Source: Microcoleus sp.
GTDB taxonomy: Bacteria > Cyanobacteriota > Cyanobacteriia > Cyanobacteriales > Microcoleaceae
DNA: 64,000 nucleotides
Direction: 5' to 3'
Assembly (NCBI GenBank): GCA_052279835.1
Contig: CP181291.1
Span: forward strand, 4,160,001 to 4,224,000
In this document: positions 51,916 through 61,900 of the stretch, piece after piece
Numbering within the stretch: the first letter of the stretch is position 1
How the letters are laid out: every line of letters starts with the position of its first letter
Position numbers and translations under genes: made by a program
The notes under the pieces: generated by a model
Databases searched by the model: none
Seen by the model: only the letters and a program-made list of their open reading frames with translations
What the model was told of the DNA's origin: nothing

Positions 51916-51951
51916 AGGATTTCAAAACGATCTCAATAAACTATAACAAAG

Positions 51952-52266
51952 ATGATTACAGTACCAGATTGGTTGATTTACTCGTTAATCTGTTCTCTAT
52001 TATATGGTTTTTGGGGTTTTTTCGGTAATTTAGCGACTAAATATGTTGACTACCAAACTGCTTTTTTTTATGAAGCAATTGGTGCTATCTTAATGACTTT
52101 ATTTATTCTTATTCAAAATAATAGTTTGAGTTTTCAGGGAGATGTGAGGGGAATTTTGTTTGCTGTTTATTGGGGTTTTGTTCGCGATAATCGCAGTGAT
52201 ACTGTCGGCTTATTGAAATATTTGCGATCGGATTATGTACTATTAAGTAGAATATCGAGGTCATGA
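51952..52266 (+). pseudogene. Truncated EamA/DMT-like membrane protein
   Basis: WLIYSL..LLYGFWGFF N-terminus with about three helices, then hydrophobicity is lost. Confidence 0.55.
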
Positions 52267-52344
52267 TTTAACCGCAGAGAGCGCAGAGGACACAGAGGGA
52301 GAGAAGAGAGAGATGAATAATTCCGATGCTACCGGATTTGATAT
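52265..52344. repeat. About 80-bp dispersed element TTTAACCGCAGAG...GGATTTGATAT
   Basis: Copies at 40726-40791, 41577-41644, 46434-46511 (inverted) and a partial one at 1061-1081. Confidence 0.8.
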
Positions 52345-52439
52345 CTCCTGGGATATTAGGCTATTTGTCATAAACCGGGTTTTTGGGTAATATTTGCTAA
52401 GCGTAAATTGCCCATCGGAAAACCCGGTTTTTTCGAGTT

Positions 52440-55046
52440 TTAATGTGTCATGCCTTCACCTAAATAAGCTTGCATCAGTAACTGCTTCAAATCTGCAATC
52501 AGAGGATAGCGGGGATTGGCACCAGTACACTGATCGTCAAAAGCCCGATCGGCCATTTCTTCTACATGAGCCAAGAAAAAGTCATCGGCGACACCTTGTT
52601 CTAAGAGTACCTCTTGAATTGTGGCTGGAATTTCCACTTGACGTTTTAACTCTTCCACTGCTTCGATCAACTTTTCAACTTTTTCCTCGTCAGTCTCGCC
52701 ACCTAAGTTGAGATAGTTGGCAATCTGAGCATAGCGCCAAGTGCTATTAGGATACTTGTTCTGCGAGAAAGTCGCTTGCTTAAAGGGTACATCCGTCGCA
52801 TTGTAACGAATTACATGGGAAATCATCAGGGCGTTGGCTAAACCGTGAGCAATGTGACAAGTTCCGCCTAACTGGTGGGCGATGGAATGACAAACTCCTA
52901 GGAAAGCATTCGCAAAGGCCATGCCTGCGATCGTAGCAGCATAATGCACTTTTTCCCGTGCTTTGGGGTCTTTAGCACCATTTTTGTAAGCACTGGGCAG
53001 ATATTTGAACAACAGACGAATTGCTTCTAAAGCTAATCCGTTGGTATATTCAGAAGCTAGTACCGAAACGTAAGCTTCGATCGCATGAGTTAACGCATCT
53101 ATCCCACCATAGGCTGTCAGTCGTTTGGGCATATTCATCGTCAATTCTGGATCGACGATCGCAATATTTGGAGTCAAAGCATAATCTGCAAGGGGATATT
53201 TGATACCAGATTTTTCATCTGTCACCACCGCAAAAGGAGTAACTTCCGAACCAGTTCCAGATGTGGTAGGAATTGATACCATGATTGCCTTTTCTCCCAA
53301 GGGTGGAAGTTCATAAACGCGCTTGCGAATATCCATAAATCGCATCGCCAATCCTTCAAACTCAATATCGGGATGTTCGTACATTAACCACATCACCTTT
53401 GCAGCATCCATCGGGGAACCGCCACCAAAGGCAATAATTACATCGGGATGGAAGCTATTGCAAATTGCTAAACCTTTATGAACGGTGGCTAAGGAAGGAT
53501 CGGGTTCCACATCATAAAAAGTATAGTGAGCGATGCCGATTTCTTCCAAACTCTCAGTAACTTCTTTGGTTAATCCGAGTTCAAATAAAGGGCGATCGGT
53601 AACAATTAAAGCCCGTTTTTTCCCGGCCAAATCCCGCAGCGCTACTGGTAAACAACCAAACTTAAAGTAAATCTTAGGAGGGATGCGAAACCACAGCATA
53701 TTCTCCCGACGGGAGGCGACAGTTTTGATATTCAACAGATGATGAGGTGTCACATTCGCCGAAACGGAATTACCGCCCCAGCTACCGCAGCCCAGTGTCA
53801 AAGAAGGATCGAGACGGAAATTGTAAAGATCCCCGATCGCCCCTTGGGAAGATGGAGTATTAATCAGCACCCGCGAAGTTTCCACCTTGGTTTCAAAATA
53901 ACGAATATGTTCCTGATTGCTAGGGGCTGTATACAGCGCCGAAGTATGTCCGTGTCCCCCGAATAAAATTAAGGCTTCTGCTGTTTCGACAGCATCATGA
54001 AAATCAGTGGCGCGATACATCGCCAGAATCGGTGACAGCTTCTCATAAGCAAAAGGTTCATCTTTGTCGATCGCCTCTACTTCCCCAATCAAAACTCTTG
54101 TATTCCCTGGTATTTCCAACCCCGCAACTTCGGCAATTTTGCTTACCGTTTGTCCCACAATTGCTGGATTCAAATGTCCATCGGTTAAAATCACCTGACG
54201 AACTCGATCCCGTTCTTCAGCATTCAGGAAATAAGCACCGCGCTTGATAAATTCCTGTCTCACAGATTCATAAACTGCATCTACCACAACCACCGATTGT
54301 TCCGAAGCACAAATCGTGCCATTATCAAAGGTTTTACTCAAAATTATCGAACTCACCGCCATTTGAATATGGGCGGTTTCATCAATAATTGCCGGAGTAT
54401 TTCCAGCGCCCACGCCGATCGAAGGATGTCCCGAAGAATAAGCCGCTTTCACCATCCCAGGCCCGCCTGTTGCCAAAATCAGCTTGATATCGGGGTTTTG
54501 CATCAAAGCTTGGGAAAGTGGCACTGTTGGCTCATCAATCCAGCCAATGATATCTCGTGGAGCCCCCGCCGCTACCGCCGCATCCAGCACAATTTTTGCC
54601 GCTGCGATCGTGCAATTTTTGGCGTGGGGATGGGGCGAAAAAATGATACCATTTCTAGTTTTAAGTGCAATCAAAGATTTAAAAATTGTAGTAGAAGTGG
54701 GATTGGTGACAGGTACGATTCCAGCTAGGAGTCCCACGGGTTCGGCAATGCGTTCGTAGCCAAAATGTTTGTCGGATTCAATTACGCCACAGGTTTTATC
54801 ATTTTTGTATTTGTTGTAAATCATTTCTGATGCAAAATGATTTTTGATGGCTTTATCTTCGATTACGCCCATTCCTGATTCTTTTACCGCTGCTTTGGCT
54901 AAGGGAATCCGCGCAGCATTAGCAGCCAAAGCTGCTTGTTTAAAAATGCGATCGACTTGCTCTTGAGTAAAAGTGGCAAATTCTGCTTGTGCTGCTTTTA
55001 CGCTTTCAATTAACAGTTTTAATTCATCAATGTTGGTGACTTTCAT
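52440..55046 (-). CDS. adhE: Bifunctional acetaldehyde-CoA/alcohol dehydrogenase
   Basis: SKTFDNGTICASEQ, GGGSPMDAAK, PTTSGTGSEVT and DQCTGANPRYP motifs. Confidence 0.97.
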   Translation of the reverse strand: MKVTNIDELKLLIESVKAAQAEFATFTQEQVDRIFKQAALAANAARIPLAKAAVKESGMGVIEDKAIKNHFASEMIYNKYKNDKTCGVIESDKHFGYERIAEPVGLLAGIVPVTNPTSTTIFKSLIALKTRNGIIFSPHPHAKNCTIAAAKIVLDAAVAAGAPRDIIGWIDEPTVPLSQALMQNPDIKLILATGGPGMVKAAYSSGHPSIGVGAGNTPAIIDETAHIQMAVSSIILSKTFDNGTICASEQSVVVVDAVYESVRQEFIKRGAYFLNAEERDRVRQVILTDGHLNPAIVGQTVSKIAEVAGLEIPGNTRVLIGEVEAIDKDEPFAYEKLSPILAMYRATDFHDAVETAEALILFGGHGHTSALYTAPSNQEHIRYFETKVETSRVLINTPSSQGAIGDLYNFRLDPSLTLGCGSWGGNSVSANVTPHHLLNIKTVASRRENMLWFRIPPKIYFKFGCLPVALRDLAGKKRALIVTDRPLFELGLTKEVTESLEEIGIAHYTFYDVEPDPSLATVHKGLAICNSFHPDVIIAFGGGSPMDAAKVMWLMYEHPDIEFEGLAMRFMDIRKRVYELPPLGEKAIMVSIPTTSGTGSEVTPFAVVTDEKSGIKYPLADYALTPNIAIVDPELTMNMPKRLTAYGGIDALTHAIEAYVSVLASEYTNGLALEAIRLLFKYLPSAYKNGAKDPKAREKVHYAATIAGMAFANAFLGVCHSIAHQLGGTCHIAHGLANALMISHVIRYNATDVPFKQATFSQNKYPNSTWRYAQIANYLNLGGETDEEKVEKLIEAVEELKRQVEIPATIQEVLLEQGVADDFFLAHVEEMADRAFDDQCTGANPRYPLIADLKQLLMQAYLGEGMTH

Positions 55047-55101
55047 TGTTAACTTTCCTTGGCTTTATTGTTGTGAAATTGTCGTGAAATTCTGAGATTG
55101 T

Positions 55102-55382
55102 AGATCCCCCTAAATCCCCCTTAAGAAGGGGGACTTTGAGAAGATTCCTGTCCCCCCGTTTCTTAAGGGGGACTTTGAGAAGATTCCTGTCCCCCCCTTC
55201 GATCGGGGGGCTAGGGCGTGTTTTCTTGCCTGATCCATCAGATCCTGATCCCCCTCGCATCCCCACCCCCCCCTAGCCCCCCCCAAGGGGGGAAGGGGGA
55301 CGAAAGAGCTTCTTTCTCCCCCCTTTTTAAGGGGGGTTGGGGGGGATCTCCGGGGAGAGAAAACACGCCCTAGGGGGGATCT
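55102..55382. mobile_element. Composite GC-rich repeat containing a nested 155-bp MITE (55215-55369)
   Basis: Terminal inverted repeats GGCGTGTTTTCT and AGAAAACACGCC, with CTAG on both sides. Confidence 0.75.
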
Positions 55383-55394
55383 AGCCAACTTTAA

Positions 55395-56135
55395 CTAAAG
55401 TGCGATCGCCCCGATCGCCTCTATCCCGCGATCGCGAAAAATATCAACCGTTTGCTGAACCATTTGGGCCGAAGCGGGTGGTGTATCTTTCAGCTCATAA
55501 GCAAGCCCTAATTGTTCCCATTTATATTCCCCCATTTTATGAAAAGGCAGAATTTCTACTCTTTCCACATTTTTGAGAGTCGCGATAAAATCTGCTAACT
55601 TCTCCACGTTTTCAATATTATCAGTGAGGTGTGGAACCAACACAAACCGAATCCAGACAGGCTTACCAATATCGCTGAGATATTTTGCCATCGTTAAAGT
55701 CGGCTCGATGGAAACATTGGTCACTTGGTAATATAGTTCGGGAATGTAGGACTTGATATCTAGTAGAACTAGATCGGTCATTTCTAGCACTGGTTTGGCA
55801 ATTTCTAAACCACAATAACCAGAGGTATCAAGGGCCGTATGCAAGCCTAGTTGATGACAGCGCTCGAAGATTTCTCTCGTGAATTCTAGCTGCATCAATG
55901 GTTCGCCACCGCTGACTGTCACGCCGCCTTTCCGCAGGTAAGATTTACATTTTTTGATTTCATTCATCAGATAATCAACTGTCACTTCTTTACCATCATG
56001 GGCGTTGCGACAATCAGGATTGTGGCAATAAAGACAGCGCAGAGGACAGCCCTGAGTGAAGACAATAAACCTAATTCCTGGCCCGTCAACAGTACCAAAG
56101 GTTTCGATTGAATGAATGCGTCCAATTCCAGACAT
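55395..56135 (-). CDS. pflA: Pyruvate formate-lyase activating enzyme
   Basis: GTVDGPGIR and radical SAM motif CPLRCLYCHNPD; ATG at 56135. Confidence 0.96.
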   Translation of the reverse strand: MSGIGRIHSIETFGTVDGPGIRFIVFTQGCPLRCLYCHNPDCRNAHDGKEVTVDYLMNEIKKCKSYLRKGGVTVSGGEPLMQLEFTREIFERCHQLGLHTALDTSGYCGLEIAKPVLEMTDLVLLDIKSYIPELYYQVTNVSIEPTLTMAKYLSDIGKPVWIRFVLVPHLTDNIENVEKLADFIATLKNVERVEILPFHKMGEYKWEQLGLAYELKDTPPASAQMVQQTVDIFRDRGIEAIGAIAL

Positions 56136-56392
56136 GAATTTCGCTTTTAGGTAAGTCCACTTAATTAAACGTAAGATACAGGTGGCTAAAAAGCTTGCTC
56201 TATGAGCCTTCTTCACATCGATCTTCCCCCCTTGGGGGGGGCAGGGGGGGGTGACTTCTTCCTTCTTCCTTCTTCCTTCTTCCTTCTTCCTTCTTCCTTC
56301 TACTTAGGTAGGCGGGGCAGGTTTATGAGATGGTTGGTTTTAGGCAATTATGGTTGGTGAACCTGCCCCTACAGAATTTACGTCTTGGCTAT

Positions 56393-58621
56393 CTAGACAC
56401 GTTCGTGGAAAGTCCGTTTAATCACATCTAATTGTTGTTCGCGAGTCAGCTTGATGAAGTTAACCGCATAGCCAGATACGCGAATTGTCAATTGAGGGTA
56501 GTTTTCGGGATGTTCCATTGCATCTAGTAAGGTGGTCCGATCGAGGGCGTTAACATTAATATGATGACCCCCATCATGGAAATAGCCATCGAGTAAACCA
56601 ACTAGATTATTAATGCGATCGCTTTCGAGTCTTCCCAAGGCGGCGGGCAGAATTGAGAAGGTATTCGAGATACCATCTTGACAGTCACTATAGGGCAATT
56701 TTGCCACAGAAGATAGCGAGGCGATCGCGCCGCAACAATCTCGTCCGTGCATGGGATTGGCACCGGGTGCAAAGGGTTCCCCCGCCTTGCGTCCATCGGG
56801 AGTGCTGCCTGTTTTTTTGCCGTAGACTACATTGGAAGTAATCGTCAGGACAGATTGGGTTGGTACTGCGCCGCGATAGGTTTTGTGCTTGCGAATTTCG
56901 TTCATGAACCGTTGCACTAAGTCGATCGCCATACTATCAACGCGATCGTCATTGTTCCCATACTGCGGATAATCGCCTTCAATCAGATAATCCACCGCCA
57001 AACCTTGCTCGTTCCTTTCTACTTTAACTTTGGCGTATTTAATCGCGGAGAGGGAGTCCGCCACCACCGACAAGCCCGCTATGCCACAAGCCATTGTACG
57101 GTAAACATCGCGATCGTGCAGCGCCATTTCCAGCCGTTCGTAGCAATATTTGTCGTGCATATAGTGAATGACGTTCAGCGTATTGATGTAGGCTTTTGCT
57201 AGCCACGCCATCATTTGCTGCAACCGTTCATTTACCTCTTGGTAATCCAAATATTCGGCAGTGATGGGTGCAAATAGAGGTGCTATTTGGTCGCCAGATT
57301 TTTCATCTTTACCGCCATTAATAGCATACAGCAAAGTTTTTGCCAGGTTCACCCTTGCGCCAAAAAACTGCATCTGTTTACCGATTCGCATCACTGATAC
57401 GCAACAGGCGATCGCATAATCATCGCCATAGGTGGGGCGCATCAAATCATCATTTTCATACTGAATTGAACTGGTGTCGCCAGAAACTTTAGCGCAGAAT
57501 TCTTTGAAGTTTTCTGGTAAATGTTCTGACCATAATACAGTCAGGTTTGGTTCTGGTGCTGGGCCCAGATTTGAGAGTGTGTGCAAGAATCGGTAACTGG
57601 TTTTTGTTACCATTGTTCTACCGTCTGCACTCATGCCGCCGATCGCTTCTGTTACCCAAGTGGGATCGCCGGAAAACAGCGCATTATAGTCAGGAGTCCG
57701 CAAAAAGCGCACCATCCGCAGCTTCATCACAAAATGATCGATCAGTTCTTGCAAGTCAACTTCGGCGATCGCCCCACTGCGTAAATCCCCCTCGAAATAT
57801 ACGTCTAAAAACGTGGAGACTCGACCCAGGGACATCGCCGCCCCATTCTGCTCTTTGACAGCGCCTAGATAGCCAAAATACAGCCACTGCACGGCCTCTT
57901 GGGAGTTACCCGCCGGACGACCAATATCAAAGCCGTACTTCGCCCCCATTTCCTTGAGTTCAAACAAAGCCTGCATCTGTTCTGATAACTCTTCCCGCAG
58001 GCGAATTGTTTCCTCGCCCATCATGTCGAGTTCCAGGGATTCTTGCTGAGCTTTTTTGTCATCAATCAGGCGATCGACTCCATACAAAGCCACGCGCCGA
58101 TAATCCCCAATAATCCGCCCGCGCCCGTAAGCATCGGGTAAACCTGTGATAATGCCCGATCGCCTCGCCATCCGCATTTCACGAGTATAAACATCGAACA
58201 CCCCGTCATTATGAGTTTTGCGATATTTAGTAAAAACTTCTTCAGTTTGCGGATCTAGTTGATAGCCATAGGCTTCCAAACCAGCTTTCACCACACGAAT
58301 TCCGCCATAGGGCATGATTGCCCGTTTCAGAGGTTTATCTGTCTGCAAACCGACAATTTGTTCTAGTTCGCGATTTATATATCCAGCGTCATGGGCTATA
58401 ATTGAAGAGGGTACTTTGGTATCAACATCCAATACACCCTTTTCAATTTCTAGTTTCATTAGTTCCAAGACTTCTTGCCACAGCTTCTGAGTCCTTGTCG
58501 TTGGTCCTACTAGAAACTCCGCATTCCCTTCATAGGGTGTGTAATTCTTTTGAATAAAATCCCTGACATTGACTTCTTTTGTCCAACTCCCTTCTGTAAA
58601 GCCGTACCATTCTGCATACAT
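56393..58621 (-). CDS. pflB: Pyruvate formate-lyase (formate C-acetyltransferase)
   Basis: IACCVS active-site cysteines and glycyl radical motif RVSGYAV. Confidence 0.98.
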   Translation of the reverse strand: MYAEWYGFTEGSWTKEVNVRDFIQKNYTPYEGNAEFLVGPTTRTQKLWQEVLELMKLEIEKGVLDVDTKVPSSIIAHDAGYINRELEQIVGLQTDKPLKRAIMPYGGIRVVKAGLEAYGYQLDPQTEEVFTKYRKTHNDGVFDVYTREMRMARRSGIITGLPDAYGRGRIIGDYRRVALYGVDRLIDDKKAQQESLELDMMGEETIRLREELSEQMQALFELKEMGAKYGFDIGRPAGNSQEAVQWLYFGYLGAVKEQNGAAMSLGRVSTFLDVYFEGDLRSGAIAEVDLQELIDHFVMKLRMVRFLRTPDYNALFSGDPTWVTEAIGGMSADGRTMVTKTSYRFLHTLSNLGPAPEPNLTVLWSEHLPENFKEFCAKVSGDTSSIQYENDDLMRPTYGDDYAIACCVSVMRIGKQMQFFGARVNLAKTLLYAINGGKDEKSGDQIAPLFAPITAEYLDYQEVNERLQQMMAWLAKAYINTLNVIHYMHDKYCYERLEMALHDRDVYRTMACGIAGLSVVADSLSAIKYAKVKVERNEQGLAVDYLIEGDYPQYGNNDDRVDSMAIDLVQRFMNEIRKHKTYRGAVPTQSVLTITSNVVYGKKTGSTPDGRKAGEPFAPGANPMHGRDCCGAIASLSSVAKLPYSDCQDGISNTFSILPAALGRLESDRINNLVGLLDGYFHDGGHHINVNALDRTTLLDAMEHPENYPQLTIRVSGYAVNFIKLTREQQLDVIKRTFHERV

Positions 58622-58778
58622 AGCTTTAACCTCCTATTTTGGACTCTTTTTAAAGATGTCGCTCTTTCATCTTTTGTCTCCATTATATATCTATCCCATC
58701 ATCTCCCATGGAAATGCTGTCATGTTTTTACAAAAGTTAACTACTTGATGGTCCGATCGCACTTAAACATTCCTGTTA

Positions 58779-60149
58779 TCAGCTATATATACAATAGCGA
58801 TCGCGCCCCTGTTTTTTTGCTTGATATAGTGCTTTGTCTGCACGAGCAACCAGGACATCTGGCTCCAATTCTAAGCTAGGGATGAGTGAGGCGATTCCCA
58901 AACTAACTGTGAGGGTATTCTTGACATGAGACTGCTCATGGGGAATCGCCAAAGTATGAATTGCTTGCTGAATGTTTTGTGCTATCTTAATCCCCCCCTC
59001 CAAATCCGTATTGGGGAGGAGTAACGCAAATTCTTCGCCGCCATAACGCGCTGCTAAATCTGCCGGACGATGAACTACTGTTTGTAATGTTTTCCCGATT
59101 CTAACTAAGCAATTATCACCCGCCAAATGACCATAGTAGTCGTTGTAGCTTTTGAAAGTATCAATATCCAATAAAATCAGAGAAAGTGGCTGCTTTTCTA
59201 GCCCTAATCGTTGCCACTCGCTTTGGAGGCGATTGTTGAAACAGCCACGGTTAGCCACCTGAGTCAAAGCATCTAAGTTCGCCAATATCTCTAGTTTTTG
59301 ATTAGTTTCTTTGAAAGCTATTTCCATTTGTTTACGTGTGGTGATATCGCGGATGGTAATAGCAAAACCATCACCTAGTTTTACTGCTACAAAGTGAAAC
59401 CAAGAAGACTGTCCCCATTCATAGTAAAAATCGTATTCTAAAGGTTCCCCCGTTTCCACAATTTCCACAAAGCGCTGGAATAATTCTGGAGTAACATTGC
59501 TCAAAAACTTTTTCAGTACCAATTTACCAATCATCTCTTCACGGGGGCGTTTAAAAACTCTAGCAATCACGGGGTTGACAACTAAACAACGAAAATCCTC
59601 AATCTCCCCAGTTAGGTGGTTGCGGACAGCTTGCATTGCCGCAATACCATCCAGGGAACTATTTAAAACGCTAGCCAGTAAAGCCCTCGATTGATACAGT
59701 ACCTCTTCCGCTTCTCTGCGGATATTAATTTCTTTTTCCAGAAGCCGTTGCTGACGTTGAATGATTAACTGATTTTCCAGACGCGCTACAACTTCTTCAA
59801 TTTGAAAGGGTTTGGTAATGTAATCTATCCCTCCTGAATTAAAAGCTTTTACCTTGTCAAAAACATCATCTAAAGCACTAATAAAAATAACGGGAATGTG
59901 GCGTATACTCTCATCGGATTTGATGGATTTACATACTTCATAACCATCCATTTCTGGCATCTTAACATCTAACAAAATGACATCTGGCGGCTTGATTTTT
60001 ATGGTTTTTAGTGCCATCACTCCACTGGTGGTGCTGCGAACAGTGTAGCCAAGCTTGAGGAGTACATCGCTTAAACATTGCAGATTCCCGCGGTTGTCAT
60101 CTACTAGGAGAATGTTCCCTTTTTCTGTGTCTTGATAATTTAAATTCAT
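58779..60149 (-). CDS. REC-PAS-GGDEF diguanylate cyclase
   Basis: Receiver motifs LLVDD and LLDVKMP; RPAD I-site; GGEEF active site. Confidence 0.93.
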   Translation of the reverse strand: MNLNYQDTEKGNILLVDDNRGNLQCLSDVLLKLGYTVRSTTSGVMALKTIKIKPPDVILLDVKMPEMDGYEVCKSIKSDESIRHIPVIFISALDDVFDKVKAFNSGGIDYITKPFQIEEVVARLENQLIIQRQQRLLEKEINIRREAEEVLYQSRALLASVLNSSLDGIAAMQAVRNHLTGEIEDFRCLVVNPVIARVFKRPREEMIGKLVLKKFLSNVTPELFQRFVEIVETGEPLEYDFYYEWGQSSWFHFVAVKLGDGFAITIRDITTRKQMEIAFKETNQKLEILANLDALTQVANRGCFNNRLQSEWQRLGLEKQPLSLILLDIDTFKSYNDYYGHLAGDNCLVRIGKTLQTVVHRPADLAARYGGEEFALLLPNTDLEGGIKIAQNIQQAIHTLAIPHEQSHVKNTLTVSLGIASLIPSLELEPDVLVARADKALYQAKKQGRDRYCIYS

Positions 60150-60199
60150 GCGTTCTCAACGTTATTTGATTAATGGTTTTATTGCTAGATCAATTTTCC

Positions 60200-61900
60200 T
60201 TACTTTTTTTTTACTATGGGAATCTCAATTACAAATTCTGCTCCTTTTCCGAGAGTAGAGTAACAATATAAATCCCCACCGTGTTTATCAACCACAATCT
60301 GGTGACAGATAAACAGTCCCAGTCCCGTACCTTCTCCTACCTCTTTGGTAGTAAAGAAAGGGTCAAACAACTTGGATTGTAATTCTTTAGCAATTCCCCA
60401 GCCATTATCTGATATTTTAATTGAGATTCGATGATTATTGTGAACTTGAGTTGTAATTTTTATTTTTGGTCTCTCACCTATAAAATGAGTAGACACGGAA
60501 TCAATAGCATTATTTATCAGATTCATAAATACCTGATTAAGTTGACCGGAATAACACTCAATCAGCGGCAGTTGACCATAATCTTTAATCACGGCAATTT
60601 CGGGATTTTTTAGCGTCGCTTTTAGGCGATTTTGGAGAATCATCAGCGTATTGTCGATACCTTGATGAATATCCACTCGTTTGAATTCAGCCTCATCGTG
60701 ACGGGAGAAATTCCGCAGGGACAGAACTATTTCCTGAATACGTTCGGTCCCTATCTGCATAGAATTAAGTAGTTTGAGCAAGTCTTCTTGCAGAAAATCT
60801 AGGTTAATAGCCTTGATTTCTGCTTGAATTTCTGGTGGGGGATCTGGTAAATGTTGTTGATATAGTTTTACCAAATTTAGTAAATCTTGGAAATATTCCG
60901 TAGCAGGACTCAGATTGCCGTGAATAAAATTAACTGGATTGTTAATTTCATGTGCTACACCTGCAACCAGATTCCCAATAGAAGACATTTTTTCACTATG
61001 AATGAGTTTTGCTTGGGTGCGTTTGAGTTCCCTAAGAGTAAGTTTTAAATTTTCAGCTTGTTGTTTTAATTGGAATTCCGCTTGTTTGCGTGCAGTGATA
61101 TCGCGGATGGTAATAGCAAAACCATCACCCAGTTTCACTGCTACAAAATGAAACCAAGAAGACACTGATTCATAGTAAAAATCTTGTGCTAAACTGTCTC
61201 CATTTTCAACAATATTAACGAAGCAATTAAAGAGTTCGGGAGCGATACGATGCAAAATTTTTTTGACTACCAATTTACCAATTATCTGTTCGCGAGTGCG
61301 TTTGAAAACTCTAGCAATCACCGGGTTGACCACTAAACAACGAAAATCCTCAATCTCCCCACTTAGGTGGTTGCGGACAGCTTGCAGTGCCGCAATACCA
61401 TCCAGGGAACTATTTAAAACACTAGCCAGTAAAGCCCTCGATTGATACAGTACCTCTTCGGCTTCCCTGCGGATAGTAATTTCTTTTTCCAGAAGCCGTT
61501 GCTGACGTTGAATAATTAACTGATTTTCCACACGCGCTACGACTTCTTCGATGTGAAATGGTTTGGTAATGTAATCTATGCCCCCTGACTCAAAGGCTTT
61601 TACCTTGTCAAAAACATCATCTAAAGCACTAATAAAAATAACGGGAATTTGGCGTAGACTCTCATCAGATTTGATCGCTTTACAGACTTCATAACCATCC
61701 ATTCGTGGCATTTTAATATCTAAAAGAATGACATCTGGTCGCTTGACTTTTATGGTTTTCAGTGCCATCAATCCACTGGTGACGCTACGAACAGTGTAGC
61801 CAAGTTTGAAGAGAACATCGCTTAGTAATTGTAAGTTTTCGATCAGATCGTCTACAATCAGAATATTACCTTTATTGTCGGTTTCAGAATTAAGGTTCAT
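60200..61900 (-). CDS. REC-PAS-histidine kinase
   Basis: Receiver domain, H-box AHEINNP, and N/G boxes (DNGWG, GTGLGL). Confidence 0.93.
   Translation of the reverse strand: MNLNSETDNKGNILIVDDLIENLQLLSDVLFKLGYTVRSVTSGLMALKTIKVKRPDVILLDIKMPRMDGYEVCKAIKSDESLRQIPVIFISALDDVFDKVKAFESGGIDYITKPFHIEEVVARVENQLIIQRQQRLLEKEITIRREAEEVLYQSRALLASVLNSSLDGIAALQAVRNHLSGEIEDFRCLVVNPVIARVFKRTREQIIGKLVVKKILHRIAPELFNCFVNIVENGDSLAQDFYYESVSSWFHFVAVKLGDGFAITIRDITARKQAEFQLKQQAENLKLTLRELKRTQAKLIHSEKMSSIGNLVAGVAHEINNPVNFIHGNLSPATEYFQDLLNLVKLYQQHLPDPPPEIQAEIKAINLDFLQEDLLKLLNSMQIGTERIQEIVLSLRNFSRHDEAEFKRVDIHQGIDNTLMILQNRLKATLKNPEIAVIKDYGQLPLIECYSGQLNQVFMNLINNAIDSVSTHFIGERPKIKITTQVHNNHRISIKISDNGWGIAKELQSKLFDPFFTTKEVGEGTGLGLFICHQIVVDKHGGDLYCYSTLGKGAEFVIEIPIVKKK

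Noticed and set aside
55027..55388. Short ORFs across the pflA-adhE spacer
   Set aside because: They are translations of GC-rich repeat elements.
58718..58732. CRP/FNR-like site upstream of pflB (TGTCA-N5-TTACA)
   Set aside because: Spacing is one base short of the consensus and both half-sites mismatch.
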